The notes under the pieces: model-generated
Database searches by the model: none
What the model was told of the DNA's origin: nothing
The model's input: only the letters and a program-made list of their open reading frames with translations
In this document: positions 60,941 through 64,000 of the stretch, in pieces
Position numbering within the stretch: the first letter of the stretch is position 1
Layout: each line of letters begins with the position of its first letter
NCBI GenBank assembly: GCA_965203355.1
Contig: OZ241889.1
Span: 1,888,001-1,952,000, forward strand
Source of the DNA: Candidatus Latescibacterota bacterium
GTDB lineage: Bacteria; Latescibacterota; UBA2968; UBA8231
DNA: 64,000 nucleotides
Direction of reading: 5' to 3'
Position numbers and translations under genes: made by a program

Positions 60941-62148
60941 GGTATTTCCGCGGGTGGCTGTTGCAGGGCGTCGAGCAGTTGCTGGGTCTTAGTGTGCAGC
61001 CTCGCATCGTCCGCACTCAGCGCTAGACTGCGTCGCAACGCCTGTTCGGCCGCCGTGCGTTCTCCCTTGCTGAACAAGCCCAAGCCGAGGAGGTGCCAGC
61101 CTTCGGCGTCGTCTGGGTGTGCTGCAACGGCTCGGCGGCCGTAGGCAACGGCCTCGCGGTAGCGTCCGAGTTGGCCGGCCATGTGGCCGGCGTTGAGCAA
61201 GGCGGGGAAATACGCTGGGTCTTGGTCGAGGGCGACCTGTACGTAGCGCAACGCGGCTTCGGGTTGTTGCAGCTTTAGGAGGTCGCCGGCGAGGCGGTTG
61301 AGCAGATCGAGATCGCCCGGGCGCAGGGCGATGGCCCGGTCAAATTTGTTCTCGGCTTGGGCAAAGTACCCGTGCCGGACAAAGAACAGGCCGAGGTTGT
61401 AGTGATGGGCGGCTTCTTCGGGCGCGTTGAGGATGGCCGCGCGCAGTCGCTTGACCTCTTGGCCGCTGAGGGCTTGTAAGTGGGTAAAACTCGCTAGGGC
61501 CTGCTGCGCCAAGGTGTCGCGGCCGGCCTGGCGGGCGAGGGTCGCGAGGCGATAGAAGGCGTCAGCAAAGCCGATGTCGAGCAAGGTGGCGCGCTGAAAG
61601 GCCGCCAAGGCATCGTCCTGCTGGCTCTCGGCTGCGAGGCTTTGGCCGAGGTAGTAGTAGAGCGTGGCGTCGTTGGGAAAAAGGCGCAGGGCTTCGCGCA
61701 GTTCGCGGGTGGCTTCGGCGTAGCGGCCCGTGGCCAAGTACAACTCGCCCAAGCGTCGGCGCACCGGCGAGTTGTCGGGATTGAGCAAAACGGCGCGCTG
61801 GAGATAGGTGTCGGCGCGGTCGTACTGGCCCAGCTTGGTGTAGATTCCGCCGAGATTGACAAAACCCTTGGCGAAGTCGGGTTGGAGGCGGAGGGTTGTT
61901 TCGAGGGATTCGATGGCCAGTGCGTAGCGGCCCTGCGCTGCATGGGACGAAGCCAGCACATTGTGGAGATCGGCGTTGGTCGAGTCGAGGGCTAGCCCCG
62001 CGCGGGCGGTGGCCGCTGCTTCGGCAAAACGGGTCGCCGCAAAGTGAGCGCGGGCGCGGGCGAGGTGGTCGCTTGGGTCCGGTGCTGGCACTGGCTCAGA
62101 AGCGCAAGAGGCGAGCGCGAAGGCCGCGCCGAGCAGTCGCCACGGCAT
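60937..62148 (-). CDS. TPR-repeat lipoprotein
   Basis: Lipobox LASC; multiple TPRs. Confidence 0.85.
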   Translation of the reverse strand: MPWRLLGAAFALASCASEPVPAPDPSDHLARARAHFAATRFAEAAATARAGLALDSTNADLHNVLASSHAAQGRYALAIESLETTLRLQPDFAKGFVNLGGIYTKLGQYDRADTYLQRAVLLNPDNSPVRRRLGELYLATGRYAEATRELREALRLFPNDATLYYYLGQSLAAESQQDDALAAFQRATLLDIGFADAFYRLATLARQAGRDTLAQQALASFTHLQALSGQEVKRLRAAILNAPEEAAHHYNLGLFFVRHGYFAQAENKFDRAIALRPGDLDLLNRLAGDLLKLQQPEAALRYVQVALDQDPAYFPALLNAGHMAGQLGRYREAVAYGRRAVAAHPDDAEGWHLLGLGLFSKGERTAAEQALRRSLALSADDARLHTKTQQLLDALQQPPAEIP

Positions 62149-62149
62149 C

Positions 62150-64000
62150 TCAGGGCTGCTCATCAAAGCGGTGGAAGCGGTCGATTTCCAGCTCGGCGTA
62201 CCCTTGCCGTGCGCCGCTGGGCCAGCGGATTTCGAGGGTATCGACGCGGGTGCGCGCCCCCAAGCCGAGGGCCGGGGACAAGCTGTTGGACGACCCAAAG
62301 CCCGGACCGCTGCTGATTTCCACGACCCCGAGCAGGTCTTGGGCGCGCCAACGCACTTGAGCGCCGATGGCGCCAGGCCCTAAGTCCACGCCGAGAAAGT
62401 GATTGGGGTGGCCTTCGTTGCGGTACAGGCTGTTGGCCCACAGGTCGCCTGGGTAGTGGCCGCCGACCGCGGTATAGAGGTCGAGATCGCCGTCGAGGTC
62501 GTAGTCGGCAAAACCCACGCCGTGCCCCTTGCCCGGGTTGCCGACGCCGGCCGCGGCCGTGATGTCGGCGAAGCGGTCGCCGCGATTGTGAAACAGGGTG
62601 TTGGGTTCAAAGCGCGCCATTATCGGTCCGCCGTTGGCCAGATAGAGGTCGATTAGGCCGTCGTAGTCAATGTCGCCATAGCCCGCGCCCATCGAGCCAA
62701 AGGAGCGGGCCAATCCCTGCTGAGGGGCGATGTCGCGGAAGGTCGTTCCGTCGTTGCGATACAGGTAAGCACGGGTCGGGCGCAAGGCCAACCCGGTGAC
62801 TTGCGACTGCACGATGTCTTCGTAGAAGTTCATGGCTGATACGAAGAGGTCGAGATCGCCGTCGCCGTCGCCATCAATGAAAAACCCCACATAGCTGCCC
62901 TCGCCCGGTTTGGCCACGCCCGCCTCGGCGGTGACGTCGCTGAAGTGCGGCCCGTCGTTGCGGTAGAGGTGGTTGGCGGCGGCTACGTCCATGGCGTAGA
63001 GGTCGCTGTCGCCGTCGCCATCGTAATCGCCGCAGGCCACGCCGAGGGTTTTGCCGCCATAGGCCACGCCGGCTGGTGCGCCGCGGTCGGCAAAAGTGCC
63101 GTCCCCTTGGTTGTGGTACAGGCGGTTGGGTCGCCCGCTGCCGGTGATGCCCGAGGCCACGTACAGATCGGGTAGGCCGTCGTTGTCGTAGTCGGTCCAG
63201 ACGGCCACGAAGCTGTCGTCGGCACCGGCGACTCCAGCTTGAGGCGCGACATCGCGAAAGGTTCCATCGCCTTGATTGCGGTAGAGCGAGTTGGGCGCGC
63301 GCCCTTCCCAAGCGTCGCGGGTGGCAAAGAGGTCTGGGTGGCCGTCGCCATCGTAGTCCGCGGCAATGGCTGCCCAGCCGCCGCGCGGGTCGGCGAGGTC
63401 GGCGGCGGTAGATACGTCGGCAAAACGGCCGTCGCCGTCGTTGCGGTAGAGCGCGTGTGGGGCTTGGATACCGGCGGCGAAGAGATCCGGGTCGCCGTCG
63501 GTGTCGTAGTCGAGCCACGCCACGCCACGTCCCCGATCGAGCTTGCCGACGCCGGCGGCTGCGGCCACATCGGCGAAGCGCACGGGCGACGCCTCGGCCA
63601 GCGGTGCTAGGCCGATCTGATGGGCCGGTTCGAGGTCGCCCGGGTACGTGCCGTATGCTTCGATATAGGCCAGCCGCAGGTTCCACTGGCGCACAGTGCG
63701 CTGAGGCGATGCTGGAGGCAGCGCGTCAATGGCGCGCTTGTACGCGGCGACGGCCTCGGGATATTGGCGCAAGTGATGGTAGGCCGCGCCCAACAGGAAG
63801 GATAGGTACACGTCGTCCGGCCGCTCGGCCAGCAAGCTAGCGAAGCGGGCGGCCGCCTCGGCAAAATCGCCCAAGCGCAAAAGCGAGGCGGCTTGGCCCG
63901 AACGCGCTCGGTAGTGCTTGGGATCGACCGCGAGGATGGCTTCGTACTGGGCCAGGGCCCCAGCGGCGTCGGGTTGGTCTTGCGTCATTAGGAGATCGGC
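62150..64000 (-). CDS. TPR + FG-GAP/CRTAC1 (ASPIC/UnbV) protein, probably truncated at the window edge
   Basis: TPRs, repeated DYDxDGxxDL and LYRNxGDGTFxD, GLG...VD.LEIRWPSG; the frame stays open to position 64000. Confidence 0.88.
   Translation of the reverse strand, partial: ADLLMTQDQPDAAGALAQYEAILAVDPKHYRARSGQAASLLRLGDFAEAAARFASLLAERPDDVYLSFLLGAAYHHLRQYPEAVAAYKRAIDALPPASPQRTVRQWNLRLAYIEAYGTYPGDLEPAHQIGLAPLAEASPVRFADVAAAAGVGKLDRGRGVAWLDYDTDGDPDLFAAGIQAPHALYRNDGDGRFADVSTAADLADPRGGWAAIAADYDGDGHPDLFATRDAWEGRAPNSLYRNQGDGTFRDVAPQAGVAGADDSFVAVWTDYDNDGLPDLYVASGITGSGRPNRLYHNQGDGTFADRGAPAGVAYGGKTLGVACGDYDGDGDSDLYAMDVAAANHLYRNDGPHFSDVTAEAGVAKPGEGSYVGFFIDGDGDGDLDLFVSAMNFYEDIVQSQVTGLALRPTRAYLYRNDGTTFRDIAPQQGLARSFGSMGAGYGDIDYDGLIDLYLANGGPIMARFEPNTLFHNRGDRFADITAAAGVGNPGKGHGVGFADYDLDGDLDLYTAVGGHYPGDLWANSLYRNEGHPNHFLGVDLGPGAIGAQVRWRAQDLLGVVEISSGPGFGSSNSLSPALGLGARTRVDTLEIRWPSGARQGYAELEIDRFHRFDEQP

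Overview
GC-rich (~65% by eye) bacterial chromosomal region. It is dense in sugar/sugar-acid catabolism and transport genes, TPR/FG-GAP proteins and secreted proteins with C-terminal FlgD-Ig/'NxPNPFN' domains. This gene content resembles FCB-group bacteria such as Latescibacterota, plausibly a sponge symbiont; that assignment is inference only. Housekeeping loci are pyrF, rnpB, tRNA-Pro(TGG), a C4 Zn-ribbon gene and a split transketolase. Small lower-GC cargo is interspersed: two AAA_14/DUF4143 ATPases, a DUF4258/YgiT pair fused to a HEPN-like domain, a DUF4160/DUF2442 pair and an orphan DNA methyltransferase, plus several deletion-eroded gene remnants. No transposase, integrase, reverse transcriptase or CRISPR array was recognised. 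The most striking locus is a ~1900-aa surface protein gene (47868-53572) with three unusual features: a G13 tract that throws its signal peptide out of frame (G11/G14 would restore it), AT-rich blocks inside a GC-rich scaffold, and a downstream orphan tail plus terminator from a divergent allele. Together these suggest a phase- and antigenic-variation locus. Imperfect duplications of gene ends also flank two cargo insertions. All functional calls come from motif recognition, not database searches.
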